Part shown: positions 19,925 through 29,779 of the stretch, one piece after another | Position numbering within the stretch: the stretch's first letter is position 1 | Layout of the letters: each line of letters begins with the position of its first letter | IMG/VR virus record: IMGVR_UViG_2721755711_000002 | Direction: 5' to 3' (one strand) | From: a virus | Lineage: Duplodnaviria; Heunggongvirae; Uroviricota; Caudoviricetes | Length of the DNA: 64,000 nt | The notes under the pieces: generated by a model | Database searches by the model: none | The model's input: only the letters and a program-made list of their open reading frames with translations | Told to the model about the DNA's origin: nothing | Program-made: the position numbers and the translations under genes

Positions 19925-20547
19925 TTTTGAATCACCGTTGTTGCATAGGAATAAATAAAAGGGAGTTTTACATATTTCTGGTCAATGGCATCTTTCAGAA
20001 AATAGCCTATACCATCACCATATTCTGGTATCTGAATAGAAAAAACACTGTCCGATACAGTCACACTCACATCAAAAGTGTGCTGCAACGGCGGGTCTAT
20101 CCCGTTTTTTCCGTGAATGAACCGCGCCACACGTCGCTTTAACCAGTCAATGCAGAAGTGCGAGCCGTCAGCCTTATAAAAATTCCACGTCAATATTCGC
20201 TTGAAATAATCATCAGGAACATACGATGCCTGCCCCGGAACGTAATTCCGCATTGCCGCATACGGGATCGTATTGTATTCAATGGTATCGTATGCACCGC
20301 GTGCAATAGCCTCCTCGGAAACCTGTAGTAAAGGCCTTTCAACGCCATAAATCCCGAGTGCAATCCAGTCCAGCAATTGCCCGGTTATTGATTCTGATGT
20401 CCAGCATGGCAATGCCAGATTGTTGAGTGAATCGAGGTATTCCTGAGCAATTTCATTGTATGCATCAAAGAACGCAACAACATTCGGATCATCTCTGTAC
20501 TGCACAAATGGATAAGCAGGGAGAATTTTCTCAGTCAGATATTGCAT
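19921..20547 (-). CDS. tail/baseplate protein (gpI / Mu gp48 position)
   Basis: about 208 aa from MQYLTEKILPAYP; between J-like and fibre genes. Confidence 0.55.
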   Translation of the reverse strand: MQYLTEKILPAYPFVQYRDDPNVVAFFDAYNEIAQEYLDSLNNLALPCWTSESITGQLLDWIALGIYGVERPLLQVSEEAIARGAYDTIEYNTIPYAAMRNYVPGQASYVPDDYFKRILTWNFYKADGSHFCIDWLKRRVARFIHGKNGIDPPLQHTFDVSVTVSDSVFSIQIPEYGDGIGYFLKDAIDQKYVKLPFIYSYATTVIQK

Positions 20548-21757
20548 ACTTGTTGACCTGAACCTGTGATGCCACCGTTGAAAAATAGGAATAGGTATCG
20601 CCATAAACCAGGCTTGTGTCTTTCGCCGGAAGAACAATATGGCCGTTAATACCAATGCTCACACTGATTGTTGAGATCAACGTCGCATCAACCAGCAACC
20701 TGACGGAACTGGTAAAAATATCCTGGATACGCAGAAGATTTATCGGGTGTCCGACTTCAATTGAATTGATGTAATCAGCAACGTTTTGCTGCACAGCCAT
20801 AGCAATACCCGCCGGATCAACATAATCATCAGACACCGTGTTCCAGGTGATTAGCACCATGACGTTTTGTGATGACGGGATAACGAACGGTACCTGATAA
20901 ACGTCCGGCGAAACGGTTATTGAAACCGTGCGTTTTTCCACTGCCGCACCGGATGGATTGCTAACATCGTTGGTCAGTTTCGAAATGTCCGGTACAGATT
21001 TGTAAATCGCATAAGCCACATCATACGGATCACCGCCACCAACAACCGCAACCCATTTCCCCAGCGACGACTGCCGGAAAGAAATCAGGTTTTCGCGCAC
21101 ACCGCTTACTGATTTGAGCATCGCTTTAAAGCAATCCGGTGTTCCCTGCACACCAAACATGCCAGACTCCATGACTTCGGCGCGGTAAGATGCCCACGTC
21201 TGCTCCTCCTGACCTGGCATCCCTGCGGTAAGGTTCGTGCATTTTACAGGCTGGTCTTTGGGTACTGATGTAATAACCTGCGTCACGGTCCCTTCCGGTA
21301 CAGCCCATGAGCCTGACGTTGTGGCCACACAGTAAACTGGCTCAGTCTGCCCGCTTTCCGGTACCACAGTATCGCGGGAAACCGCATACTGGTAGTTACC
21401 GTCTCCAACCACAAATCCTTTAGGGATACCAAACCCCGGCAACGCTTCAAACACCACGTATACCGCCGTATTTGTACTTAATCCCTTCTGTGCTCCATAT
21501 ATGTTTCCGAGTTGCATCAGTAACGGAATATTCGCGCCGTATGGGCTTACGGAGTTAATAAGATCAACCCGCGCCTGGTCTATTAATGCCAGCGCCCCTA
21601 CTGCCGTGCTGGCAAGGTCTGTAATAAGTCCTGCCGGAAGGTTGGCTGTATATCCAGGTACTTTTTCAGCAACTCTGGTGATAAGATTTGCGAGCAAATC
21701 ATTGGGTGGCGTAGGCTGCGCACCCGCACTGGTCATAGTAATTGGTATTTCAGACAT
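20531..21757 (-). CDS. baseplate J-like protein (gp47 family)
   Basis: 408 aa; size and position typical of J/gp47 wedge protein. Confidence 0.65.
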   Translation of the reverse strand: MSEIPITMTSAGAQPTPPNDLLANLITRVAEKVPGYTANLPAGLITDLASTAVGALALIDQARVDLINSVSPYGANIPLLMQLGNIYGAQKGLSTNTAVYVVFEALPGFGIPKGFVVGDGNYQYAVSRDTVVPESGQTEPVYCVATTSGSWAVPEGTVTQVITSVPKDQPVKCTNLTAGMPGQEEQTWASYRAEVMESGMFGVQGTPDCFKAMLKSVSGVRENLISFRQSSLGKWVAVVGGGDPYDVAYAIYKSVPDISKLTNDVSNPSGAAVEKRTVSITVSPDVYQVPFVIPSSQNVMVLITWNTVSDDYVDPAGIAMAVQQNVADYINSIEVGHPINLLRIQDIFTSSVRLLVDATLISTISVSIGINGHIVLPAKDTSLVYGDTYSYFSTVASQVQVNKYAISD

Positions 21758-21771
21758 ATCTACCCCATAAA

Positions 21772-21797
21772 AAAACCGCCGAAGCGGTTTTAAGTTA
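21772..21797 (-). terminator. intrinsic terminator of moron gene
   Basis: minus strand: AACCGC-TTCG-GCGGTT then TTTTTTTATGG. Confidence 0.6.
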
Positions 21798-21799
21798 AC

Positions 21800-22546
21800 T
21801 TATTTTGCCTGTTTCATTTTTTCCACCCTCTCAAGCATTCTTTTTACATTTGATGGAGGATAGTTAAATTCATCGCCGTCTCCAAAAGAAATTTTTATAG
21901 GCTTCATTTTCATAACCAATTCTTTCAGAACCGCTTTACCAATTTCAGTTTTTGGTACTATAAAACCATTTCCATACAAGCATGATTTATAAGTTTTATA
22001 ATATTCACCATTAATCAAAATTGGTGGATACTCTAATGGCCCATCAATTTGCACTGAATTATCGCAAAATCCATTGCCTTTAGATTTTGAAGCAATAAAA
22101 ATAGCTATTGTCCCATCATCGCCATACATCAGGAATCTATTTTTACTAACACCTTCCAGTGGAGGTAATATTATCAGTGCACCATCAATATACCATTCAG
22201 CGTAATTCTTTGATTCATTGATTATGTTCTCATTAATTTCATTTAAAGATGAATATTCCCTGAATGCATTAGAATACCATTGTCGAACACATGATTCTGT
22301 TTTGCACTTCTCTCTTTCATTCCACAAGTCTGAAACAATTTTTCTAAAAGCTTTCTTATCAGCGCTCTCTAACTTTACTTTTTGATATAAAGAATTTAAT
22401 TTATCATCAAGTTCAGATAATTCACTGTTGCTGCAAATTAACTTTTCAGAATATGATTTAGCTTTCGAGCAATCAAAAGATACCGCATTCGCAGTTCCGA
22501 TTTGTAATAAAAAAGCAAACACTACAAATAATTTAAACTTAATCAT
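21800..22546 (-). CDS. secreted protein with DUF1311/LprI-like N-terminal domain (moron)
   Basis: signal peptide MIKFKLFVVFAFLLQIGTANA; FDCSKAKSYSEKLIC..LDDKLNSLYQ; strong AAGGAG RBS; AT-rich. Confidence 0.6.
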   Translation of the reverse strand: MIKFKLFVVFAFLLQIGTANAVSFDCSKAKSYSEKLICSNSELSELDDKLNSLYQKVKLESADKKAFRKIVSDLWNEREKCKTESCVRQWYSNAFREYSSLNEINENIINESKNYAEWYIDGALIILPPLEGVSKNRFLMYGDDGTIAIFIASKSKGNGFCDNSVQIDGPLEYPPILINGEYYKTYKSCLYGNGFIVPKTEIGKAVLKELVMKMKPIKISFGDGDEFNYPPSNVKRMLERVEKMKQAK

Positions 22547-22670
22547 CCGTAATCTCCTTAAAAACAGGAGATTAAATTTTACCCATTCTTAATGTCCGTT
22601 CAAGTTCATACTTTACAACCGCGCCCAGTTGAGTATGATTAAGCGCATGAGGCGTCGAAACCTCTTCTCA

Positions 22671-22746
22671 GTGCGGTCACAACCAACCCCGTTAGTGTTG
22701 GATTTTTTATGCCTGCTATTTAGTGATGGCACAATGTGCGGTCACA
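22671..22746 (+). promoter_or_regulatory. pair of 11-bp direct repeats GTGCGGTCACA upstream of ant (possible operator sites)
   Basis: copies at 22671-22681 and 22736-22746 flank a hairpin plus T tract. Confidence 0.35.
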
Positions 22747-22878
22747 TCCCCGAACAATGTCGGGAGGGCGACGAATACAACACCCGAAAGGGGAATAAGT
22801 CCGCGGCCTCACTGAGCCGTTTCGAACCTCCCGGCTCCACTCCGATAGTGGAAATTCGAAAAAATCAGTGAGGTCGTT

Positions 22879-23448
22879 ATGACAATACAATTAATCCCCG
22901 TTTTCAACGGAACTATCTCAAACGAAACCGCCCTACTCTGTAATGCTCGTGATCTGCACGCTTTTCTTGGTGTAGGTAAGGTTTTCGCAGCCTGGATTAC
23001 ATCCCGCATCGCAGAATACGGATTTACAGAAAATCAAGATTACATTTTGCTTTCCAAAACAGGAAAGCAATCGTTAGGAGGCAGAGGAGGACATAACCGC
23101 AAGGACTACCACCTCACCCTAGACACCGCCAAAGAACTGGCAATGGTCGAGCGCAACGAAAAAGGACGCCAGATCCGCCGATACTTCATCGAGTGCGAGA
23201 AGAAGCTGCGCGAAGATACCACCAGCACACAATCCCCTCTGAATGTTGACATCATCATGCGCGTCAGAAACGGCTCGGTTACCCACATTGAGCACCACAA
23301 ATCAGGCTCAGTTATCACCACAGAATGGGCAATTCACTTACTACGCAAAAGTGGATGGATTGTCATGCCACGCGATGAACTTCTTAACACGCCACTGGCC
23401 CAATTGATGCCCGAAAACTTGCCTCAAACCGGAACCTGCGTCCGGTAA
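22879..23448 (+). CDS. phage antirepressor (AntA/AntB N-terminal domain family)
   Basis: ARDLHAFLGV..AAWITSRIAEYGFTENQDYIL..RRYFIECEKKL pattern recalled from Ant family; opposite strand to tail operon. Confidence 0.65.
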   Translation: MTIQLIPVFNGTISNETALLCNARDLHAFLGVGKVFAAWITSRIAEYGFTENQDYILLSKTGKQSLGGRGGHNRKDYHLTLDTAKELAMVERNEKGRQIRRYFIECEKKLREDTTSTQSPLNVDIIMRVRNGSVTHIEHHKSGSVITTEWAIHLLRKSGWIVMPRDELLNTPLAQLMPENLPQTGTCVR

Positions 23449-23771
23449 CTGGTTCCGTTAAAAAACACAACATCGATGTTATAGGTGGGGTTCTCTGCCC
23501 CATCTACTTTTGAAATTGCCAGCGATGCAAAATACCCGGCATACTGTTGCTGAACCATGTTCACATAGTAGTCCGGGTAAATCTGCTGCACGATGCACTG
23601 CTGCGCTGGAATGCCGTAATTCGCGTAAAACGGCGACTCCCCCAACCCCAGCTTTAACGTCTGAATGAGCGTCGTCAGCCAGCCGTAGGAGAAATCACCG
23701 TTGGTGTCAGATTCTACTGCAACCCATTTTTTGTTGCCGTTCGCGTCGTTGACGCGGCCCCATGTTCTCAT
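23424..23771 (-). CDS. hypothetical protein at baseplate W/gp46 position
   Basis: about 116 aa from MRTWGRV; no family recognised. Confidence 0.4.
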   Translation of the reverse strand: MRTWGRVNDANGNKKWVAVESDTNGDFSYGWLTTLIQTLKLGLGESPFYANYGIPAQQCIVQQIYPDYYVNMVQQQYAGYFASLAISKVDGAENPTYNIDVVFFNGTSYRTQVPV

Positions 23772-23778
23772 CGCGCCC

Positions 23779-23877
23779 TCACCACCATCGGATCTGACCA
23801 ACAAAATAACCAGACGCAAGAATCAGAAAGACCAACCAAATAAGCAAAAACTTCCAGGTGGATAATTTTTCAGCCAT
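23779..23877 (-). CDS. small hydrophobic peptide (32 aa, ends RWW)
   Basis: MAEKLSTWKFLLIWLVFLILASGYFVGQIRWW with GGAGA RBS, 7 nt upstream of next ATG; not in ORF track (too short). Confidence 0.3.
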   Translation of the reverse strand: MAEKLSTWKFLLIWLVFLILASGYFVGQIRWW

Positions 23878-23943
23878 AACTCGAATCTCCCGAATCAGTT
23901 TGCTAAAATCAAACACGACTTCTCCTTGCCTTATTCAAGGTCA

Positions 23944-23979
23944 GAAACAAAAAGCCCCGACTGTTTGCCCAGTCGGGGC
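23944..23979 (-). terminator. intrinsic terminator after baseplate spike gene
   Basis: minus strand GCCCCGACTG-loop-CAGTCGGGGC followed by TTTTTGTTT. Confidence 0.6.
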
Positions 23980-24018
23980 TTTCGCTTTATGGATAGAATT
24001 TAAAGTGAAATTAACCGG

Positions 24019-24732
24019 TTAACCCGGATTTGGTTGCTTCGACGTGATCGTGCTGCCGCCGCTTTGAACGCCAGTCACATCGTGGCTGTGGCCGCTGGCG
24101 CTCACGCCGTTGATAACTGCATCTTTCTCGACCTTAAGAGGGCCAATCAGCGAAGCGGTTGTATCCTTCATCTGGGCTTTGTCCTGGACGATCGGTCCGT
24201 TGAGGTGAATTTTCCCGTTCAGGAAAATATCTTCGGCCTCAAGGTAAACAGCTTTCGACTTTTGCCTGATTTCTTCCGGAGCCACCGTTACCGAGCTACT
24301 GCCGTCCTCTGTTTTGAGGATCGCGCCATCCGGACCGTACAAAACGATTTTTTGCGGATCTTCGTCGGACCAGTCCTTGTTTGCCAGTGGCACGAAAAAC
24401 AGGGGAGTGAGCGACATCGAGTAAGAGAGCGTCGCCATACCAGTTCCCAACCCGGACACACCGCGCAGGGATACATCAGCGGCAATTGTTACTCCTCGAT
24501 CGCCCGGCTGTATCGGGTAACGGATATACGGGAATGTGGCGACAGGGATTGTTATCTGCGGAAAGTTGATCCCCTCGGGGAGCATATCAAACTGAACTGT
24601 CACTATCTGCCCGCTGACATCGACAACATGGCAGGGCAATTCACGGCCTTTAAGCTCGGCTTGCTGGTTACCAGAACTGGTCATCATCTCCGACAGCGTT
24701 CGGAGAAACGGTATTTTTTGAGCGTTTGACAT
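24019..24732 (-). CDS. baseplate spike protein (V / Mu gp45-like)
   Basis: 237 aa, position after hub gene; Gly/Ser-rich C-terminus. Confidence 0.55.
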   Translation of the reverse strand: MSNAQKIPFLRTLSEMMTSSGNQQAELKGRELPCHVVDVSGQIVTVQFDMLPEGINFPQITIPVATFPYIRYPIQPGDRGVTIAADVSLRGVSGLGTGMATLSYSMSLTPLFFVPLANKDWSDEDPQKIVLYGPDGAILKTEDGSSSVTVAPEEIRQKSKAVYLEAEDIFLNGKIHLNGPIVQDKAQMKDTTASLIGPLKVEKDAVINGVSASGHSHDVTGVQSGGSTITSKQPNPG

Positions 24733-25739
24733 TACACCCTCGCCCAGTTCTCAGCATATGCCTCGAATACCGTCACCCAGGCATCGCCATCGGCTGTCAG
24801 ATACGAACCAATGTGTCTGACCGATTTCACAAGAAATTTCCCGGTAAACGTGGTCGAGTTTTTGGAGATAACGCCAGGAGCCATTGTATTAGCCATCACA
24901 ATCGACGCGGCGCCCGAATAAAGCCCCTCCGGCAAATTAACCACATCACCACATCTGATATCGCCCCTCATCGGGCATTTGAAGCTGACGGTAAACGGCG
25001 CTACCCATGTCGGCTGCCCGACCAGTTCATGGGCATGAATTGTTTTTGGCTCACCCCACTTTGCCGATGCGTTATCGTAGATTCGTATTCTGTCGGAAAG
25101 AATACTGATGGCGATTCCGCTATACCTTTCATTACGCATCATCGCAATAGAGGCGTTTTTTACGACCATTGCCAGAGAACCAATCTCTGTATATTTACCC
25201 GTCCACGGCTCTGGCAAAACTAGGTTGTCGCTGACTGTGCAATCAATCAATTTATTGGGATATGCTTTTTGCAAAGCGCGGACTAAAACATCGCCAACCC
25301 TTTCGCCTGCTTCCCCCTGCCCCTCAATTGAAAAAGGTTTACCGTCATCGGTTTTGCGTATGCTTGGATTTATTACCAGGTTTAAAGTCTGGTTCGTGCC
25401 GATCCAGTTGGCATAGGCCAGATAAATTTCACCATAGATTACCTCCCCCTGTTGATCCTTATTTGCCAGTGGTAACCCCTGAACAAAGCCTGCTTTCATA
25501 CGGACCAGACAACCCTGCAAGCTTACGCTTTGCTTCAGCATGTCAATTGGTAATCCATAGATCGTCAGCATCGTGCCCGAACAGACTACATCCAGGCCGG
25601 TTACTTCAAAGTCAAATTCAACATGCAACCCACATCCTGGTGTTTCACTGGTATCAAAAGGTCCAATGGGTTTTCCATTGCTATCCACTGGCGGCTTGCC
25701 TGTTTTAGGATTAATAATTTCCAGTCGGTAATAACGCAT
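24732..25739 (-). CDS. baseplate hub protein (D / Mu gp44-like)
   Basis: 335 aa; position between DNA-circulation-like genes and spike. Confidence 0.55.
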   Translation of the reverse strand: MRYYRLEIINPKTGKPPVDSNGKPIGPFDTSETPGCGLHVEFDFEVTGLDVVCSGTMLTIYGLPIDMLKQSVSLQGCLVRMKAGFVQGLPLANKDQQGEVIYGEIYLAYANWIGTNQTLNLVINPSIRKTDDGKPFSIEGQGEAGERVGDVLVRALQKAYPNKLIDCTVSDNLVLPEPWTGKYTEIGSLAMVVKNASIAMMRNERYSGIAISILSDRIRIYDNASAKWGEPKTIHAHELVGQPTWVAPFTVSFKCPMRGDIRCGDVVNLPEGLYSGAASIVMANTMAPGVISKNSTTFTGKFLVKSVRHIGSYLTADGDAWVTVFEAYAENWARV

Positions 25740-26005
25740 TACGAAACCTCAAACTGATTCGTACTTTCGCGAAAAACAAGTTTCCCCGGTGAGCAAGGCA
25801 GCGCCAGATTGATGTCGTAACTGTCAGGTGACGCGATCAACGGCATGTACACAATCACGTCGCCAGAACTGTCTTTCAGTTCCAGGTAGTAACGATTTGC
25901 ATACAGATTAAACGGAACGCGGGCGAATGTTTCATATTCTCCAATTCTGGCCGTGAACTGAAACGGGCCTCGCCCGTCAGGTTTAAAAGGAATTAACGTT
26001 GTCAT
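25739..26005 (-). CDS. hypothetical tail protein
   Basis: 88-aa ORF tightly packed in tail operon. Confidence 0.4.
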   Translation of the reverse strand: MTTLIPFKPDGRGPFQFTARIGEYETFARVPFNLYANRYYLELKDSSGDVIVYMPLIASPDSYDINLALPCSPGKLVFRESTNQFEVS

Positions 26006-26670
26006 AAGCCAATACCAAACTCCTGCACGACCTGGTTCTTAATGCCTGACCACGATAGCGGCCCGTCTGACGGCATCCCTTTATCAAATTTATCCAGAAC
26101 ACTAGCCAGCGTCTTTACTGTTTGTTCGACAGACGACAATGGTTGCTCAAACTCAATCAGCCAGGTGTGCTGCACTTGCTTGTTCTGCTCAGAGAAACCA
26201 GATGTATCGATAAACGACCGCATCAGGCAGCGCGTGTAGATAAACGAGGGAGTCATAACGGTATAACAACCGCCATACTGGTTATGCATATCAAGCGCCA
26301 TTTTCAGCGCCGTAAACGTCATCCCCTTAGTGGTGTAGCCACCGTCCTCCGTTGATACCGGACGGATCATCTGCATGACTACCCGGTTAGGCTTCCTGAC
26401 GGTCGCATTCGCTGCCGTTACCTGGTTATAGAAATTCAGGTTGCAAATATCCTGCTGGACCAGCGTTGTCCCGGCCATTGGCGTGAATGCCGCCATCGAG
26501 CGTGTATGAATCTCTCCATGCAGCAGACCGTTCGCGATACTTAGTCCTTCGGTCAGAACAGCAATCGGCATCACCCCGCCGGGAATTTTCGACGCTATGC
26601 CATCAACTAAAAGAATGGGCGAAACTTCAAACGCCAGTTTGAAAGCTTGTCCAAAGTAATTAAGTGACAT
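26002..26670 (-). CDS. hypothetical tail protein (Mu gp43 / U position)
   Basis: 222-aa ORF after tape measure. Confidence 0.4.
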   Translation of the reverse strand: MSLNYFGQAFKLAFEVSPILLVDGIASKIPGGVMPIAVLTEGLSIANGLLHGEIHTRSMAAFTPMAGTTLVQQDICNLNFYNQVTAANATVRKPNRVVMQMIRPVSTEDGGYTTKGMTFTALKMALDMHNQYGGCYTVMTPSFIYTRCLMRSFIDTSGFSEQNKQVQHTWLIEFEQPLSSVEQTVKTLASVLDKFDKGMPSDGPLSWSGIKNQVVQEFGIGL

Positions 26671-26673
26671 CTT

Positions 26674-28647
26674 TTACCCCGGTATTTGTTGCGTTCCGGC
26701 GAGTTGTGCCAGTATGTCGGAACCCGGCGATTGTCGCACCTGAAGCTCAATTATTGCGCGGGCATTTTTGCCAGCACCCTGAAGGTTATCTCTGGCATTT
26801 CTTAGCTGATTCATAATACCAGGGTGTTGATCCAAAGCTCCCTGTATCTGAGGCAATAATTTAATTAAATATTTTACAGTCTCCATTCTCAAACTTAGAT
26901 TTCCATCTCTATCAATACGACCTCCGTTATATGCCGTAAGCATTTTTGCCACATCGCCTTTATAACGCCGGTTCAGATCATTTAAAAAGCGGCCAGCCGC
27001 AAGAGTGGATTTATTTGGGTCATAAACATCATCACCCACCAGACCATACTGTTTTGCGGTGCTATCCCAGAATTGCCACAACCCCTTAGCGAATCTACCT
27101 TTTTCATCTGGAGTTCCTCTTGCCAGAGGATTCCACGAAGATTCAACCTCCGCGATAGCTGACATCATATTTTTAGGAAGTCGATAAGTATTATTGGCTT
27201 GCTCTACAAAGTTCTGAATATTTCTCTTTAAATCATTAGGCATACGGTAATTTTTATATACATCATCCTGTTTATAAAACTCACCCGTATACTGATTTGT
27301 CATCGGGTTTGCTCCCGGCAACGCACCACCGAGATATTTATTCCCAAATGCCGCAAGAACTGGATCTGCCTGTTCAGCACCAACTCCGGTTCCGGGGAGA
27401 TATTTATCTTCCCCACCGATCCATTTGATAGCTGACCATATTGCTTTTGCAATCCGGCTCACCGCCAGAGAAAAATCGTCAAGATCATTTTTAAATTGTT
27501 CGCTATTCAGCCACTTACCAAGTTTCTCCAGCCCTTCGCCAGCCTCAGTGAGAATTTTCTGAAAATTTCCACCATTCAGAAAACCTTCAATATTGGATGT
27601 CAGCCCATCAGATGCACCTGTGATTAGTGGGTTATATCTGGCGAGAGCTGCATACCAGGAATTTGATATTCTGTTTCCATTTACCATCAGGTTACTCACC
27701 GTATCCTGATAACCTGACTGCATAGCTGGCGTGAGGTAAGCACCGAGCAACCTGGTATTTGATGCAAATTTCTCGTTCAGTTGGGGGATCTTGTCCAGAT
27801 TCGCTTCCACCTGGTTAGTTGTCGCGACATCAACAAATCCAAGCCCTTGTCCGTTGAGAATCCCCTGAGTAAGTCCTGAACCTTTATATTGCTTAACGAG
27901 AGATGCAAGCGCGCTCATAAGTTTGGGCAGATTCTTTGCTGCACCATCTCGAGGATCAATTCCAAGACTGACCAGACCAGCATAGTTTGGATCATTCGGA
28001 TTTTTCTGTGCGTTCGCCAGATGCTGAACCAGTTCTTCTGTGCCAGAAAAATATGGCGAATAGGTGGCACGTGCGGCCTGCATCTGTGCGGTTTCCATAC
28101 CCAGCCCCTGAGCCACGCTGTATTGCGCTGCAACCTTGCTCGCCATATATCCGTACCCGAAAGCACCGACCGAACCAAGCGCCGCAATTTTGCTCCCCCA
28201 GGATACAGTCGTTTTAAACAGCGTTTTCAGTCGTGAATTGGTCGTTTTAAGCGTTGAATTGATCTGCTTGTAAGTTTTCAGCGTCCCCTGAGCGTTTTTA
28301 CCCAGACTACTGAGATACTTATCAAACATCGTTTCGCCGCGACCTTTATAGTTGCTCACCAGCGAATCAGGTGTTTTTCCGCTACCGACAAAGCTCCCTT
28401 TTTCATCCCTTAAACGTCCATCGGTGGGCGCAGGTGAAGATGGTTTCCTGGGAGCCTGATTGGCTTCTCCGCCCGAGGTTGCCTGCTGCGTGCCACCTCC
28501 TAGACCTGTATTTGAAGGTATTTTAAGCGGCGTCCCCGCAGGGCCAATCATCAGCCCATTGCGATACTTTTCAAATATCGCCTCAAGTCGCTTAAGGTGT
28601 TCTTCATTAACGTCCAGTGTCAGAACTGGCATCTGATTACCTGACAT
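26674..28647 (-). CDS. tail tape measure protein with lytic transglycosylase-like domain
   Basis: 657 aa; C-terminal AIAEVESSWNPLA..GLWQF reads like an SLT motif. Confidence 0.7.
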   Translation of the reverse strand: MSGNQMPVLTLDVNEEHLKRLEAIFEKYRNGLMIGPAGTPLKIPSNTGLGGGTQQATSGGEANQAPRKPSSPAPTDGRLRDEKGSFVGSGKTPDSLVSNYKGRGETMFDKYLSSLGKNAQGTLKTYKQINSTLKTTNSRLKTLFKTTVSWGSKIAALGSVGAFGYGYMASKVAAQYSVAQGLGMETAQMQAARATYSPYFSGTEELVQHLANAQKNPNDPNYAGLVSLGIDPRDGAAKNLPKLMSALASLVKQYKGSGLTQGILNGQGLGFVDVATTNQVEANLDKIPQLNEKFASNTRLLGAYLTPAMQSGYQDTVSNLMVNGNRISNSWYAALARYNPLITGASDGLTSNIEGFLNGGNFQKILTEAGEGLEKLGKWLNSEQFKNDLDDFSLAVSRIAKAIWSAIKWIGGEDKYLPGTGVGAEQADPVLAAFGNKYLGGALPGANPMTNQYTGEFYKQDDVYKNYRMPNDLKRNIQNFVEQANNTYRLPKNMMSAIAEVESSWNPLARGTPDEKGRFAKGLWQFWDSTAKQYGLVGDDVYDPNKSTLAAGRFLNDLNRRYKGDVAKMLTAYNGGRIDRDGNLSLRMETVKYLIKLLPQIQGALDQHPGIMNQLRNARDNLQGAGKNARAIIELQVRQSPGSDILAQLAGTQQIPG

Positions 28648-29340
28648 TCAATACCCCTCCCGGCGTCGTGCATTTACGCAGCTCACGAAACTGAGCTGCT
28701 GTTTTTACATTCAGACCGGAATTTGCCCAGATGTCGCTGAATCCGTCTCCGGCTGAGTAGTCGAGGATGTCGCTGATAACGTGCTCGCCGTCGCGCCAGA
28801 ACTGGCGACAGGCTTCAATGTCGGCAATGAAGCAATCCATTCCGTAAGACTCAAGGATGAAGTGCGACTGTTCCACATTCCACTGACTACCAGCATCATC
28901 TGTTCCGTCTGCTCCGGTGTGTTTATCGACGAGACGCATGTAAAAAAAACGAGTTCACCTGCCACATCATCAAATTCAACGATGCCGCGCTCTAGCGCCA
29001 TATCAAGCGGGATCGTGTCGTAGCCTTTCCCTTCGACTGGGTAAACCAGATTCGCAAGACGAATGATTTCATTCACGAGCGTATTGCGAACGCCCTTTTC
29101 GCCATCCCAGATATTCATATCTGAGGAGATCCGTTCCAGCATAAGGCAGGCGATACGCGGCCCCGAAACGACGCCAAGACCTTCTGAAAAAATGGCAGAA
29201 AAGGTTTTACTCAGAATAAAGAAATGCTCTTTAAACACCTCTTTGCTGATCGGCGTGGCATGGATCCAGCCGTTCCCCTTTTCTGTCCGGACAGGAATAA
29301 TCAGATTCAAATTTCGCGCGATTTTCATACCAGATCCCAC
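28637..29340 (-). CDS. tail assembly chaperone, predicted -1 frameshift fusion product
   Basis: ORF 28637-28939 is in the -1 frame relative to 28711-29340 and begins at the slippery run. Confidence 0.5.
28711..29340 (-). CDS. tail assembly chaperone (upstream frame)
   Basis: 209 aa between tube and tape measure; contains T8 slippery run; alternative start at 29328. Confidence 0.6.
   Translation of the reverse strand: MGSGMKIARNLNLIIPVRTEKGNGWIHATPISKEVFKEHFFILSKTFSAIFSEGLGVVSGPRIACLMLERISSDMNIWDGEKGVRNTLVNEIIRLANLVYPVEGKGYDTIPLDMALERGIVEFDDVAGELVFFTCVSSINTPEQTEQMMLVVSGMWNSRTSSLSLTEWIASLPTLKPVASSGATASTLSATSSTTQPETDSATSGQIPV
28942..28949 (-). promoter_or_regulatory. programmed -1 frameshift slippery site (T8 on coding strand)
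   Basis: coding strand reads CTC GTT TTT TTT ACA; -1 slip continues as TAC ATG CGT. Confidence 0.55.
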
Positions 29341-29768
29341 ATTTCAGAGTTGATGTAATACGTACCGGTAATGGTGATGGCTACACCAGGCTCGCCCCCG
29401 GCGAAGGTCATATCCTGCACGTTGGTGATCGCCGTGTTATAGATATCGAAGTCACCGAATACCGTGCTGTCGCTATACACTTTTGCGTCGCCGATCGTGG
29501 CGTTCTTTTCCCATTGAGCCTTGAATTGTTTTCCCAGCGCCTGGCTACGCAGCAGATGAACACGCGCCTGTAAAATCATGTATGGCTGCGGCGACTGCAC
29601 GGCTCCCGTCATGGCGGGTAAAAACTCCGTAATATTGCCCTGAAAGGACAATTCGACGCCTTCTTTTGCCAGAAATGAGGCGGACACATTCAGTTCGGAA
29701 TGAGAGGTGAATTTAACGCTGGCGCGAACCCGGTTAAGGGTGCCAACAGGGATCATTGGATTAGGCAC
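29325..29768 (-). CDS. tail tube protein
   Basis: 147 aa immediately downstream of sheath gene. Confidence 0.65.
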   Translation of the reverse strand: MPNPMIPVGTLNRVRASVKFTSHSELNVSASFLAKEGVELSFQGNITEFLPAMTGAVQSPQPYMILQARVHLLRSQALGKQFKAQWEKNATIGDAKVYSDSTVFGDFDIYNTAITNVQDMTFAGGEPGVAITITGTYYINSEMWDLV

Positions 29769-29779
29769 GGTTCAGTCCC

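Noticed and set aside
24034-24729. 231-aa plus-strand ORF
   Set aside because: Mirror ORF of the baseplate spike gene on the opposite strand.
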